Both the position numbers and the translations under genes were made by a program. DNA of 63,947 bases from Hydrolagus affinis (taxonomy: Eukaryota). The stretch is from positions 1-63,947 of the forward strand of contig JAAILG010001628.1 in NCBI GenBank assembly GCA_012026655.1, written 5' to 3'. The notes beneath the pieces are model-generated. The model saw only the letters and a list, made by a program, of their open reading frames with translations. It made no database searches and was not told the origin of the DNA. Shown piece after piece: positions 39,701-51,080 of the stretch; the first letter of the stretch is position 1, and each line of letters begins with the position of its first letter.

Positions 39701-42700
39701 TACATATGGCTAGTGAACATTAAAAGACACGTCAGCACAATATGCCATTTGAATCATTAAGGATCACTCCTGAGAAATTAGCTCCATTAATTCAATTGCC
39801 TTGGCAAACAGATTTGAAAACATCCCATTTTAAATAGCTTTAAATACTTACTCGGCCCAGGTATACTGCAGTTAACATGCTGAGATTCCTAAAAAGATAA
39901 AAGACAATATAAGATGTGAAGTGTACAACATCTGCCACGGTCTCAATAGAAGTGGAAGTGGAACATTAAACACTCTTTAGGCCAAACAGATTTTGACCCG
40001 TTTTCCCAATCGTTTATCAATACCGGCCTCCATAGGACACAGTTCTCATAACACACCAGGTGTCAGAACAAGATCACAAGCACATATTTTTAGGATTTCA
40101 ACACATTGTGAAAACAGATCTGTAAATTGGTTTTGAAAGTCACCTGCAACTTTTTCCAAACTCACTCAAAAGAACTTTTCACTCACCAAAAGCTATTGTT
40201 TGGATTCTAATCAAGGGAAACCTGAAGAGAATTAAAATGTATCTTTTGTATAGATGAGAAACTAGTCTGTAACATAGCCAAAAAGGATCAGATGCAGCAA
40301 GAAAGCAAAGATAGAAACATTGAAAGGTTAAAGATGGAGGGAGAAAAAACAATGTTATTAGTAAGCCGGTTGCCTTGGTTTTCAGCCTTGCCAAAGATGG
40401 AAAGTATTGCCTCAGCTAACTGGCATGGAGGTTCTAGATCTGCTGTAAAATAGATGCATTATCTTAAACACAAATAGGTCCCTACATACAAGGCAAACAC
40501 CACAGTTTTGTTGCATGCTCAGGTTACCCTCCCATAGCCGACCCCTTGCCCTCCACCCCTCTTTACTTCCAACTCCTTCGGGTGCAAACCCTTGATTGCC
40601 CAGACCCTTGGGAAGTTCTCCCAACATGAAAATATACAAATACAATTTGTTGAAAATTTATTTGTTATTATTACTATCAAGACTATATATCTTTCAGAAG
40701 TATTGAAACTGTTTAAAAGTGCTTTTTGGAATCCAAAAGTACATTTATTCTTCACAATTATTTCAAAGCCATATTCTACTGTATCAGTATTGTATTCATT
40801 TCCAACATTATGTCAATATTTAGAGGTGTGCTATTTGCAGGCAAAGGTTTACCTCAGAAAAACCTGAAATCAATGTACCTTCTTTTGTAAATCTCTCTGC
40901 ATTCTCTCCTCTCAAGTTATGCAGGTCTCTTCTTCCCCTCCCACAATACGTTACATTTGTAAACCAATCTATCCGTGTACTCTAGTCTAGAGGCTGGAAT
41001 AGATACCCACCTTAGTTGGAAATGGAAACTTTGATGGCTCGGCCTTGCATGGTGTGTGAATTGCTGTCAAAGGTGGTGGCCAAGAGTGTGTCATTTCCTA
41101 GAATATACATGTTCATAAATTTAAAAATTCCAAACTTAAGATAAATGGAAAAGTCAGGGCAAAAAGACAACAGCATTATTGATTTACCAACAAACAAAAA
41201 AAACATGTGTGCACATGGAACATACCTTTAGAATCTCATCCACACAGCTCGCATCACCAGAAACAGATGACTGTAAATTTCAAAAAGAAAATAAGTTAAT
41301 CTGTACTTTAGTTTCGATCTTGTGGCGGTTCAATAAAACTATTTGCAATAAAAAACCATAGCAAAATTAAGACTTGATCCATTCTGACTAGTAGATTGCT
41401 TGAGTGGCCAAACATCAGCTATATCAACTACTAGTGCTCTGTACACCTGTGCGATTCCTTTCAATGTGTCTCACAATCTCACCTCCTAATCCAATGGTCT
41501 TGTGAGCTACCCAAAATGGGAGAACATGAAGCATTCGAGCTCTTAATCTAGGCTGATACTCCAATGCAGTGCTGGGGGAATGCTGTATTGTCAGAAGTGC
41601 TATTCCTCTAGTCATTACACTCTACAGAAAATTATGTGATGTGATTGAGATGTTTTGACGATGTGATAAGTAAGGTACTGTGTCAAATGAAAGGTTTATT
41701 ATACAAAAATACAGAAGTTACACATTCAAGAGGCAAGATGAAAATAAAACAATAGGTCATTGAACTAACGCTGCTACAGTAGTGGAGACAAGCTTTTAGA
41801 ATTCTGTCTTCCAATTAAATTAGAATATATGAAATTACTCAAACTGTGCTTCGCTTTTTAATGACACACAGAGTAGGGAGTAGACCAAAGTCTTTTTATT
41901 AAAAATGGAAACAAGCATCCAGCTTTTCGTTACATCACTTCTAACTCCGAATACTTGTCTGACCTCTACAAGGTCATAACAACCGTTTGTCTTAATTTTG
42001 TAAACAGGTGGTAAATAAGACAGATTATAGATAGCCGACCTAACAATTTTCTTCCTTAGATTTGAAATATCTAGCTATGCTTAATTTCTTTTCACACTTC
42101 TCATTTGAGATTTTGTCATTCGTTAAGCGAGATGGTTATATTGTTATTTATTTCTATTTTGTCAGCCTTTTTCTCAGTGAAGTTGAATTTATCAAAACAT
42201 GTGTCCTGATAACCTTTTAGAGTGATAAATTCCTTAAATTGGCAAGGAGATTACACATTACAATTTAAAAAAATGTAACCAGTTTTTGAATGATGATTTT
42301 ATTAACCTCAAGTTATAAAAGGAAGGATTGCTTAATTTGACGTTGTAAATGGAAAGATTGAACCATTTGCTTACCTCTACAGGCTGGGATGGGATTTTGA
42401 GTTTTGAGAGATGCACTTTATTGCCTGACTTCATCTCTGACAGGCTGCTTCCATGAGACTGGCTACCATAATGCTCGGAAGGAATTTTTGGTTCCAATGA
42501 TTCATTGGGGGCCTGGTCCTGCCCGTCCATAGGTCTCACATAGGCTGTAGGCTTCTGCAGCATCGAGCTGGGTTTGGACATCAATGCAGGAGTGAAAGCC
42601 TGAGAAGTGTGTTGTCCACTGGCAGGGAACGTGTGAACACGAGACGGAGAGTCCCGGGTAGCATCAAGATCTCGAGGTGATTTTGACCGATGGCGCTCTT

Positions 42701-45700
42701 TGCTGTGGTGGTCGCTTCCTTGAGACCTTGAATTACTGGAGCTTATGGAAACGGTTGGTGGTTTAGCTGGGCTGACTGAGTGTGATTTTGAATGTTCAGA
42801 TCCATGTTGGTTACTTCTCTTACGACTGCTAATGTGTGAATCACGTTCATGCCTCTGACTACTGCTGCTGCCACCACCAAGTCTTTGGCTGCTGCCATGG
42901 CTACTTTGTAAACTGGAACTTGACCTCTTTTGTGACTGTGATGAAGTACTAGGGGCAGAAGCTGCTGGACCCACTGGGGTCCACTTGCTGCTTTGGTGAG
43001 ATGTACTGTGTCTCTGATCACCAAAGAAAGCCGGGTCAGGTTTTTCATCTGGAGTTGATGGAACAGTGCCTTTGGGTATGCCTATGAGTTTTCTATCTCC
43101 TATCAAGTCTTTCATTTCATCGTAATTTCCCAACATGCTCTGGATTCGACTGGAAAGTTTATCTTCTGATCTGCCCTGTTTTTCAAAAAAAAAGTGAGAA
43201 AGAACTTAATTTAGAAGTTAAATATTTTTAAAAATAGTTGAATTGTAATGAATATTACATCAATTAGTGTATAACAGTCCCATTGGAAAATTGCACAAAG
43301 TTAGCATTCAAGTCTTTCCCACCCTGCCTCCCCACCACACCCCTCCCCCCACCTCCCCAAGATTAACTCCACATCTCCCTAAAAGGGAACTCACTGTGCA
43401 GAGTATCGTGACAAAGGCCCATGTCCCAAGAGCTATACAGTGAAACCGGAAGGTTGAATAGTTTTACCATGGTGCTGTCATTTCTTTACTGCAATAAGAT
43501 TCCATTAACTGAAAACAGGCATACAATCTAAACCTGATGATTAATGCATCACAATAGAATTAGTATAATGAGCCAGAATAGTTTTTGCAAAAGGCAGTTT
43601 ATAAACAAGGCCATCTTAATTTCTAAACAATGATTTTTTTCAGTTATCAAACAATTCTACAGAACCAAGAGAAACATAATCAAATATAAGATAGAGCATG
43701 TACATGGTGACATAGATCACTGATGTAAAGAGTGTACGCAAGGTTATTAAATTCAAGACTACAACACAAAACAAATTTTCAATACAATCCACTGAACAAG
43801 CCATGACTTTTTCATAGAATTACTGATCTACTTAGCAAGTGCCATTCACAGACAGTCACCTTCAGCTATATATGGGCGATTCTACGGTAATGGGGTACAT
43901 TAAGTAAGTCAAAATATGCATGCCATTTTCTGAGAAAGGGTGGGTTATTTCTTTTTCAAAGCATGAAAATCATAGATAACATACTCTGAAGAGATAGAAA
44001 AGATAACTTTGCCTTAAAATGAGCTTTATTTTAAAATGACAATAAATTAAAGATTATGTCCACCCTATCTAGAGACCTCTAAAACGTGACACGGTAAACA
44101 AGGCTGCTTTCGAAACCAATTTCAGATCATATTTTTAACTCTCATTATCATTAAATATAACTAAATCCATAAATCAATAGTTAAGACAGAAAGATGATAA
44201 GTTTTTGTATCATTCAAGAGCTTGATTATATTTGTTTTTTCCCGTTAAAAAAAATGCTACACACGCGTAACCCTGTCTGTCCAAAACGTTACGACCGTTG
44301 AAGATGAGATTTCAGGTTACATTTTTTTTAAAATTCTATTTTGCTCTCAATTAATAATGTAATGAAGTAACTACCTTGTGGTTAGATTTATTCTGGTAAG
44401 GTTGAAGATCGCTTACCTCTGCGACATTTTGAAAATTCACACGTGACATTCTGTCCTCTAATTGCTAAGTTCGTAATTACCATGGAAACGCAGCTAGGAA
44501 CTACCAGAATGACATTTTTAAGAAAAAACTGGTCGCACAGCCTTGTGTTCGGTAACCCGGAAGTAGCAAATTTAGCGTTAGCGGTCGTCATTGCTGCTAT
44601 ACATGGTTTAGGTGAGTGAGTTACCTGTCTGTCTGCGGTGTTACGCGTGTTGCCACGGTTACGAGCAAGACCTATTCAGTTAAATTGTGATTAAATTGGG
44701 CGGAAGATTTGTTTCCTGCAGCTGGATTATCAAATACAGTACGTTTTTATATTATTACTACTGATTTTGATTGAGATTTTTTGAACGACTGCAGGGGTAT
44801 TTGTAGGAATCTCCACTGGGACAAACACCGGGTAGATTAGAACTAATCAGCTGTTTTGCAGCGTTACAATGCATGGGGTGTGAGCATTTGGAAGTGTAAA
44901 AATAATTCTGGTAAAAAAGTTATCTATTTCTTACAAGATACATACAGTATGGTCTCTAGGGAACTTATGTACAAAAAATGAGTGTTCTGCAATCTATTTG
45001 ATTTTCTGACCTCTATGACACACTCATATACCCCATTACCGTGAAATCGCCCATACCTGTTTACACATTCACCAACCAACAAATGTTCAGGCTCAATGTC
45101 CATACTGACTTCAATCAAAAAAGTTTAACGCTTTTAGGGGACTTCGTTCTTCAAATGAAACATCCTCCACATGTCAAAGGAGCACATCTTAGTTGTCAAT
45201 GGAACAAAATTAGAAGGGAGACCATCTCTTTAAGATAAGCGACACAATGATATCAAGATCAGTTCCTCTACTCCAAGGAACGAAAATGTAATTATAATCA
45301 TAGTTACCTACCATTAGAAATATACCTTGGGTAGGAGGAGCTTGATATGTGGAGGAAGCTTCAAGTGAAAAGCATGAAGATGACCATTTTATGGTACCTT
45401 TTAAAACTTAAATTTTCATTGCAGTACAATCAGGAATAGGGATTTACACTTGGTGGAATACACAAGGACAATAGACCAACAACTTAAGATTCTTAGGTTG
45501 TACAAACCATTTTGAATCACAACAGTATCTCAAAACTTAAGGACGCTCCTTAAACAAACTACTGTTCAGTCCAGGAAGTTCAACTTGATTCCAACCCGAG
45601 CTCAGGTCAAATCCTTAACTGTTCGGGCCATCCTTCTGATGTCAAAGGCGCTATATAAATGTGATTTGTTCTTCAAGGGCAGTATAAACAAAGTCTGAGA

Positions 45701-47220
45701 ATATCCTAACTGACTAAAGACTTTATAGATAATCAGATCTTTAAAACCGTTGATGCTTTACATAAAAAAAGGGAAGCCTTGATCTGGATCCCTATTCTTC
45801 TTTCAGTTTCACCCCCACCCCCTTATATAAAGTATTTAACCTGTCATTGGCAGAACTTTTAAAACAATAAAGAAGTAGGTCAATGCCTCAGCAACCTGGA
45901 ATAACAACCAGGAGGTTTTGCGCAGCAATATGCATTGCTTATTATGACATCCTTTATGTAACAACAATAAAGAATGTGACGTCATCATCTACAGGCTTCA
46001 ATGTAAACTGGCAAAATCTGCATTGCATGACTACACATCACATGTGATAGCGATAGTAGAACACTCCTTTAGAATTACTTTTATTTGAAACTAATATGTT
46101 AGTTGACATAACTGAATAAGAAAGTTACCCCCAAAATAATCAGATGCTATTCTTGAAGGGTGATTGTGCAACATAATCTCTGAAAGATTTAAGACTTTCC
46201 AAATATTTTTTGGAAGTTTTGACTCTTATAATTAGGAAAGAATTTCAAGAAAGATAAAACATAGCTGATTGAAAAAAATTAACATAAATTTATTTGGGCA
46301 TACAAATGCCTTGGGATGTACTCCCAGATGTGAAGGGCACTATACAAACGTAATTTTTTATTGTATTGTACAAGCCTTCAACCTACCCTGTGAATTCAAT
46401 CCACATTTGTCTTAATTCCTTTTTAATTCAGGCACTAGGGATAGTGTTGCCGATTATCAGATAATCGGAATGCAATATAACAATGAATTCAATAATTGTT
46501 ACCAAAACCAACCAGAACATAAGAATAGAATACAAGTCCGGCTCTCAGTTTAATTTTGCTTTTCTCTCTTGTGTGCCCACTTTCCTGAATGTAGTGACTC
46601 AGATTAGGACACAAATCCCAGACGGTGGCAGGTATCCAGCATTCAATCAATACCCAAGAGGCCAGACAGCAGCTGGTAGCAGGATAATTGACAGCTCAGT
46701 TGAGCCCAATCATGTTATCGCATAAACATTCACTTAATCAGTTGCATTTCTCGAAGGGTGATTGGCACTGATTAACCCACTGAAGTCACCCAGAAATCGA
46801 CTCCATCTGCAACTTTTTAGTTTTGGACCTGAGACACCATTTTGATTCCAAACAGCAACGTTCAAATACTATGACGTCTAAATAGAAACCATCAGCATTG
46901 CCAAGGTTCATAAGTAAAACCAAACTCAAGATAGGCCTAGTTAAAGATTAATTCAGTTTTAGACTTGCTTCTGTATTTATTGGAACTGCTTCCAATTTAC
47001 AACAATGGATGTGGACAGGATGCCAAATTTCCAGACATTGATAGGTTACATTTTCAAAGATAATTTTAGGTTTTCTCACCCATAATTACTGTACCTGTAC
47101 TTTATATGGCTCAGCAAAGAGGGGGGAATTTCCAGGGAAAGTTTCTTCATTCTGCTGAATTCCTTGATTTCTCCGTTCTCGTTCTTTCATTCGCAGTGCA
47201 TTTCTATCTTCACGGTTCAT
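18663..47220 (-). CDS. AFF4: AF4/FMR2 family member 4 (super elongation complex scaffold); spliced CDS span, 20 exons, 3504 nt, ~1167 aa
   Basis: All exons are GT-AG flanked and phase-consistent. The product runs [19 protein letters not shown] ... [20 protein letters not shown] and is collinear with human AFF4 as recalled. Confidence 0.96.
19221..19444 (-). CDS. AFF4: AFF4 exon 20
   Basis: [16 protein letters not shown]...[31 protein letters not shown]. Confidence 0.95.
19654..19805 (+). mobile_element. Deu-domain SINE 5' part
   Basis: gcttagctcagtggtag...gggttcaaatccc...gctgacactccaatgcagtgctgggg. Confidence 0.65.
19806..20166 (-). mobile_element. Deu-domain SINE, opposite orientation
   Basis: gggatcttt...cccagcactgcaatgaaatgtcagc...cttgaactcaca...gtgctaccaactgag. 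Confidence 0.6.
20275..20318 (-). CDS. AFF4: AFF4 exon 19
   Basis: [14 protein letters not shown](S), 44 nt. Confidence 0.93.
20408..20501 (-). CDS. AFF4: AFF4 exon 18
   Basis: [31 protein letters not shown], 94 nt. Confidence 0.95.
21477..21548 (-). CDS. AFF4: AFF4 exon 17
   Basis: [23 protein letters not shown](C), 72 nt. Confidence 0.95.
21895..22076 (+). mobile_element. SINE 3' half
   Basis: Family body and tail. Confidence 0.7.
22427..22452. repeat. (TG)n microsatellite
   Basis: Seen directly. Confidence 0.85.
22894..23030 (-). CDS. AFF4: AFF4 exon 16
   Basis: [45 protein letters not shown](K), 137 nt. Confidence 0.96.
23776..23839 (-). CDS. AFF4: AFF4 exon 15
   Basis: [21 protein letters not shown], 64 nt. 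Confidence 0.96.
24843..24940 (-). CDS. AFF4: AFF4 exon 14
   Basis: [32 protein letters not shown](R), 98 nt. Confidence 0.9.
25300..25610 (-). mobile_element. CR1-type LINE 3' fragment
   Basis: Minus [27 protein letters not shown]. Confidence 0.7.
26120..26369 (-). CDS. AFF4: AFF4 exon 13
   Basis: [17 protein letters not shown]...[17 protein letters not shown], 250 nt. Confidence 0.92.
26406..26479. repeat. 35-bp tandem duplication
   Basis: aaatgattcactcttgataa(t/c)gtaaatcggatttc x2. Confidence 0.9.
27185..27270 (-). CDS. AFF4: AFF4 exon 12
   Basis: [28 protein letters not shown](D), 86 nt. Confidence 0.92.
28506..28875 (-). mobile_element. Full-length SINE
   Basis: Tail, body and reverse-complement tRNA head (gggaatcgaaccc...taaccactgagct). 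Confidence 0.8.
29806..30720 (-). CDS. AFF4: AFF4 exon 11 (largest)
   Basis: [15 protein letters not shown]...[12 protein letters not shown] (AF9/ENL-binding motif)...KGKRKHK, 915 nt. Confidence 0.97.
32412..32574 (-). CDS. AFF4: AFF4 exon 10 (serine-rich)
   Basis: [11 protein letters not shown]...[36 protein letters not shown], 163 nt. Confidence 0.95.
33098..33132 (-). CDS. AFF4: AFF4 exon 9
   Basis: [11 protein letters not shown](G), 35 nt; phases fit both neighbours. Confidence 0.85.
34169..34223 (-). CDS. AFF4: AFF4 exon 8
   Basis: [18 protein letters not shown], 55 nt. Confidence 0.95.
35038..35376. mobile_element. Tigger/pogo-like MITE (~340 bp)
   Basis: TIRs cgacaaaagcccgtttatccg / rc cagtaaaagcctgtttatccg, with TA on the left. 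Confidence 0.6.
35876..35902 (-). CDS. AFF4: Candidate AFF4 27-nt in-frame microexon
   Basis: ttttcctttttttttaaatag acceptor and GTAAGT donor. Phase 2/2 with no stop, reading [11 protein letters not shown]. Confidence 0.6.
37275..37323 (-). CDS. AFF4: AFF4 exon 7
   Basis: (K)[15 protein letters not shown](S), 49 nt. Confidence 0.88.
37690..37994 (-). mobile_element. Full-length SINE, followed by a CR1 tail fragment (~38000-38092, +)
   Basis: Family tail, body and head. Confidence 0.8.
39852..39888 (-). CDS. AFF4: AFF4 exon 6
   Basis: [12 protein letters not shown], 37 nt. Confidence 0.88.
41011..41097 (-). CDS. AFF4: AFF4 exon 5
   Basis: [29 protein letters not shown] (ELL-binding region), 87 nt. 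Confidence 0.97.
41226..41270 (-). CDS. AFF4: AFF4 exon 4
   Basis: [15 protein letters not shown], 45 nt. Confidence 0.95.
42375..43175 (-). CDS. AFF4: AFF4 exon 3
   Basis: [23 protein letters not shown]...[13 protein letters not shown]...[10 protein letters not shown], 801 nt. Confidence 0.97.
43871..45055. mobile_element. Non-autonomous TIR DNA transposon (~1.18 kb), superfamily unassigned
   Basis: 30-bp inverted ends tatgggcgattctacggtaatggggtacat / rc tatgggcgatttcacggtaatggggtatat (3 mismatches) and a CpG-rich interior. Confidence 0.8.
47101..47220 (-). CDS. AFF4: AFF4 exon 2 (canonical start codon)
   Basis: ttttcag|caacATG, then [40 protein letters not shown]. An alternative donor would extend the exon to 47095. 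Confidence 0.95.
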
Positions 47221-50200
47221 GTTGCTGAAAAGCAAAAGACAGCCATCTGTCTTTTCAGAGAAATGTTGGTAGCATAGGTTTGAAAGTATCTTTTAGAACC
47301 TGCATTCCTTGTCTGGGTAAGAAGATCCCTGAGATCTCCATGCCTATCAGGTGTCGCCTCTAGCAAGTACCCTTTAAATGAGACACAGCAGCACAATCAG
47401 TGCCCAATTATAATTAACCTGAACTTCCTTTCTGTCTGTAAATATGAAGTTCTGACAATGAAAAATAGCTAATTGATGACAATGAGCCAGACAGTGGAAG
47501 GAAATTGAATTAACCTACACAGACAAAATAAGAGCACTGAAGCACCCTGGATCAACAATGTTAACTCAGAGATGTTGCAATCCACAAATTACAAGGCAAA
47601 ACAACTCTTTCAAGGCATTACTTTCCCCCAAGGTAAGCAGTACTCAAGATTTACACGGGATTTAGAGTAATAGAGAAACTAGCACAAAAGTTACAAAACT
47701 ACGCTTGAAATACACATAAGTATACTGGCAACACTTTTGAATTTGGGGAAAAAAAGTGAAATTCATCAAACTTCTCACAAATAAATACACAAACAGGCCT
47801 TACAGCTAAACAAAGTGTGGGTAACATCTCTAACTGAGCATTACCCAAACCAACAGATTGACAGAGATAATAAAGAACTTAGGTTTTGCAAATTCTTTGT
47901 TAATGTAAGCAATGTATTAAATGTATATGGGACAAATTGAACTGTCCCTTGACAATGAACAATTCAAATGGTCTAGACAAGGCAAAAGATCGCCAATTGC
48001 TCCACAGAAATAAGTGGTTGTCAGTGAGACGTGTACTACTCTTGTTATTCAGTTAGAAAGGTACACATGCTACTGAATTATGTTCTACAGATACTTTAAC
48101 TTTAAACTAAATAAATCATTATGGGCATTACTAGCACATTATTCTCAAAATGATTTCCTAGGTTAGCATGGACAATTTGGTGTTGAAAAGTATACTATAA
48201 GCACCATTACACATGCTAAAAATGATAGAGCAAATTATGTGTTAATCAACTCGTCCAGAACACAGCAATTATGCAAGACTTGCATAATTCACAAGTGAAT
48301 CACGCTATTCGGCCATGACTTTGCAACTATTCACTTTTGTATTTCCATCGTAATCAGCTCCTACAGCCAAAAGAAACCCCACTAATTGCATCATCCATGA
48401 ACACATAATTTTGTCAAAAAATGTTCTTCACTTGGATATCCAGGAGTTTACAAGGCACATGCCTCAAAGATTCTTAAACAATGACATTGGGGAAGCTTGG
48501 CGCAGACATTTTACAAATCAAAAATGTTATGATCCATTAGGTATTTTATGATCCAATATTTGGAACCATCTGTACATTTCCTTCCTGAGGTTAGAGAGCC
48601 TCACAAGATCAACTGCTAAAAACATTAACAATTGTGAAAGTTATTCTTCGCCTTGCCCAATTGTGTGGTAACAACTCACCCAAACCCTAACCGTCCAGGA
48701 AAGTTCTAGATACTATATTATTTCAGTGATCTCAGCTATTAATCTAAAATTCTATGTTCTGCTCTGATCTTTCCCACCTGGCTATCTACCAATGACAGCA
48801 AGAACCTGGGACAAACAGCAGATCTGCAGTTCAAATACAAATAGCACTGAAACTAATTTCCATAATTAAAAGGAATCCTTATTTACAAGGGGTGCTTTAT
48901 ATAGACTGGAAGTGTTAGAACATGTTGCTACACAACAATTAAATTAAATATTCATTGTGTGCATGCACAATCATTACTTGCTTCTTATGTCTAGACTTTC
49001 CATGCTACTGGCTAGGGTGGAGGCTTCAACATGTTTTCTGTATCTTTGTGTGTGCTCTCACCCACCCACCCCAGGTCAAGCAATTTCTGAGATCGTAGCA
49101 TGATTGCAGTAAACCGTTTTTCAAACGATATTGCATTGAAACAAAGACTGATCAAGCCCAGGTCACACAAAATTCCATGGACTCTTCACATCCACAGCTA
49201 AAGAAAAGTTTCCAGTGAAATAAAAATTACACCAACAGACAGTTTAAAGCTTGATTTGCAACAGCTAAAATAATCAATTTCTCACCAGCTTCAACACCAA
49301 TTTGTTCAATTCTTTCCAAATTTACAGAAATTACGTTTGCAATTACAACTTTTTCCTAAAGTAGAGACCTAATGGAGGGCCCGGGGACCCCCCAGACTTA
49401 ATATCAAACAAAACAAACTCCAGCATGAGTCACATGAAAAGTTAAAGAAAAGTAGTCAGATTAGTCCACAAACCATTTATTATATATATTTTTTAATCTG
49501 CTTTTCATTTCTCTTGGTTTTTCATTGTCAGATTCGAAGCGTTCCACGGAGAAGCATTCTGGGACACTACCCCGCCAATATGAATGGTGCTATTATAGAT
49601 GCAAGTTGTTTCTCAGGAAACAGTTCCATTTTTATGACAATGTTCCTCCCAACTGAATGAACCACTACCCTAACACTCCCAATATGCTGGTGCTTGTGCA
49701 GGTTGCTGTTGGAACCCTGATTAGGGTAACGTTGCAAAAGATTCCAGACCCGTTTTTTTTTGTTGTATAGACAAATTTCAGTCACTCACAGCTTGAACAT
49801 TTTCCTCTCAACTTCTGAATTACTAAGTTCTATTACACCCATTCATGCTCCAGAAAGTGCAGACCATTTTACAGTGAATGGATATTAAGATACAACTATA
49901 GGATGCAACAATAGCCCAGGATGTAAATGTGGCCTTTTATCTGGTAAATATTCTGAAGATTCAAAGTAATCATTTAAATATTTTAATCATACAATTATTC
50001 TTTGTAACTCAATTTCCATTATATAGTCATGCTCATATATACTCAGGATTAATAATAACTTTGTATTCAAACAACTGATTATTCAAACCAAAAGCACATA
50101 ATTCTTGTCAAGAAAATGTTGCGATTGTAACACTTGAAACAGATGAGTGGTTAAGTCATAGGGCAGGTTTATATGATACATAGTTTAATGATCTGAGTTT

Positions 50201-50289
50201 GTCAGGATTAACTCAAGTCAGTTCCAGGTTTGCTGCTAGGGGTTACACAATCTTGCTTTCACAAATCTCATCGCTAATTCTTCAATTGG

Positions 50290-50630
50290 AAATAATAATA
50301 AATAATATTAATAATAATGCTTACATTTGATATAACGCTTTTTAAGTCTTCTAGATGTCTCAAAGCGCTTCACAGAATATACTGTAAAGTGTAAAGTGAA
50401 TTGAAGAATATACTGTAAAGTATATTTGAGGTCAACCGCGGCAGCCAATTACGCACAGCAGTGTCCCACAAACAGTCATGGATTGAACTGACCAATTTAT
50501 TAGTTTTTGAGAGATTATTATTAGGCGTGTGGAGTAAGGAAACTTGCAAAGGTTTCGACCTGCCTAGAATCAAACCACAGGTTTCTCGCTTTTAAGGCGA
50601 GTGCTCTAATCACTGAGCTAAACGACTCCA
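50290..50630 (-). mobile_element. Full-length SINE
   Basis: Family tail, body and head. Confidence 0.8.
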
Positions 50631-50749
50631 GAAAAAAAATACTATTTTTGTAGTTGTGTAGATGAGGAATAAATCCTAGTCTATGAAAAAGAATGTCATG
50701 TCTATGGAAACGTATGAGAACTGCTATTTCTTCTTCACTTTACATACAA

Positions 50750-51080
50750 TAGTAAGAGTACTTTCATTTGATATAGCGCCTCAAGTCTTTGAGACGTCAC
50801 AAGCGCTTCACAGAATATTCTGCAAAGTGAATTGTCTATATATTTGTGGGCAAAAAGCAGTAGCTAATTGCGCACAGCAGTGTCCCACAGTCATGGATTG
50901 AGTGACCAATTATTACCCACAGAAAATTGATCCGCCAATCGACTAACAACCAGGTTCCTACAGATAAACATAGGCGCATGGAGTAAGTAAAACTTGTCCA
51001 ACTTTTCACCCTGCCGGGAATTGAACCCAGGTTTCTCGCTTGCGAGGCAAGTGCTCTAACCATTAAACTACAGTACTTCA
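50750..51080 (-). mobile_element. Full-length SINE
   Basis: Family tail, body and head. Confidence 0.8.

Noticed and set aside
48267-48289. 11-bp-arm palindrome aattatgcaag-a-cttgcataatt
   Set aside because: Short and AT-rich, with no supporting context.
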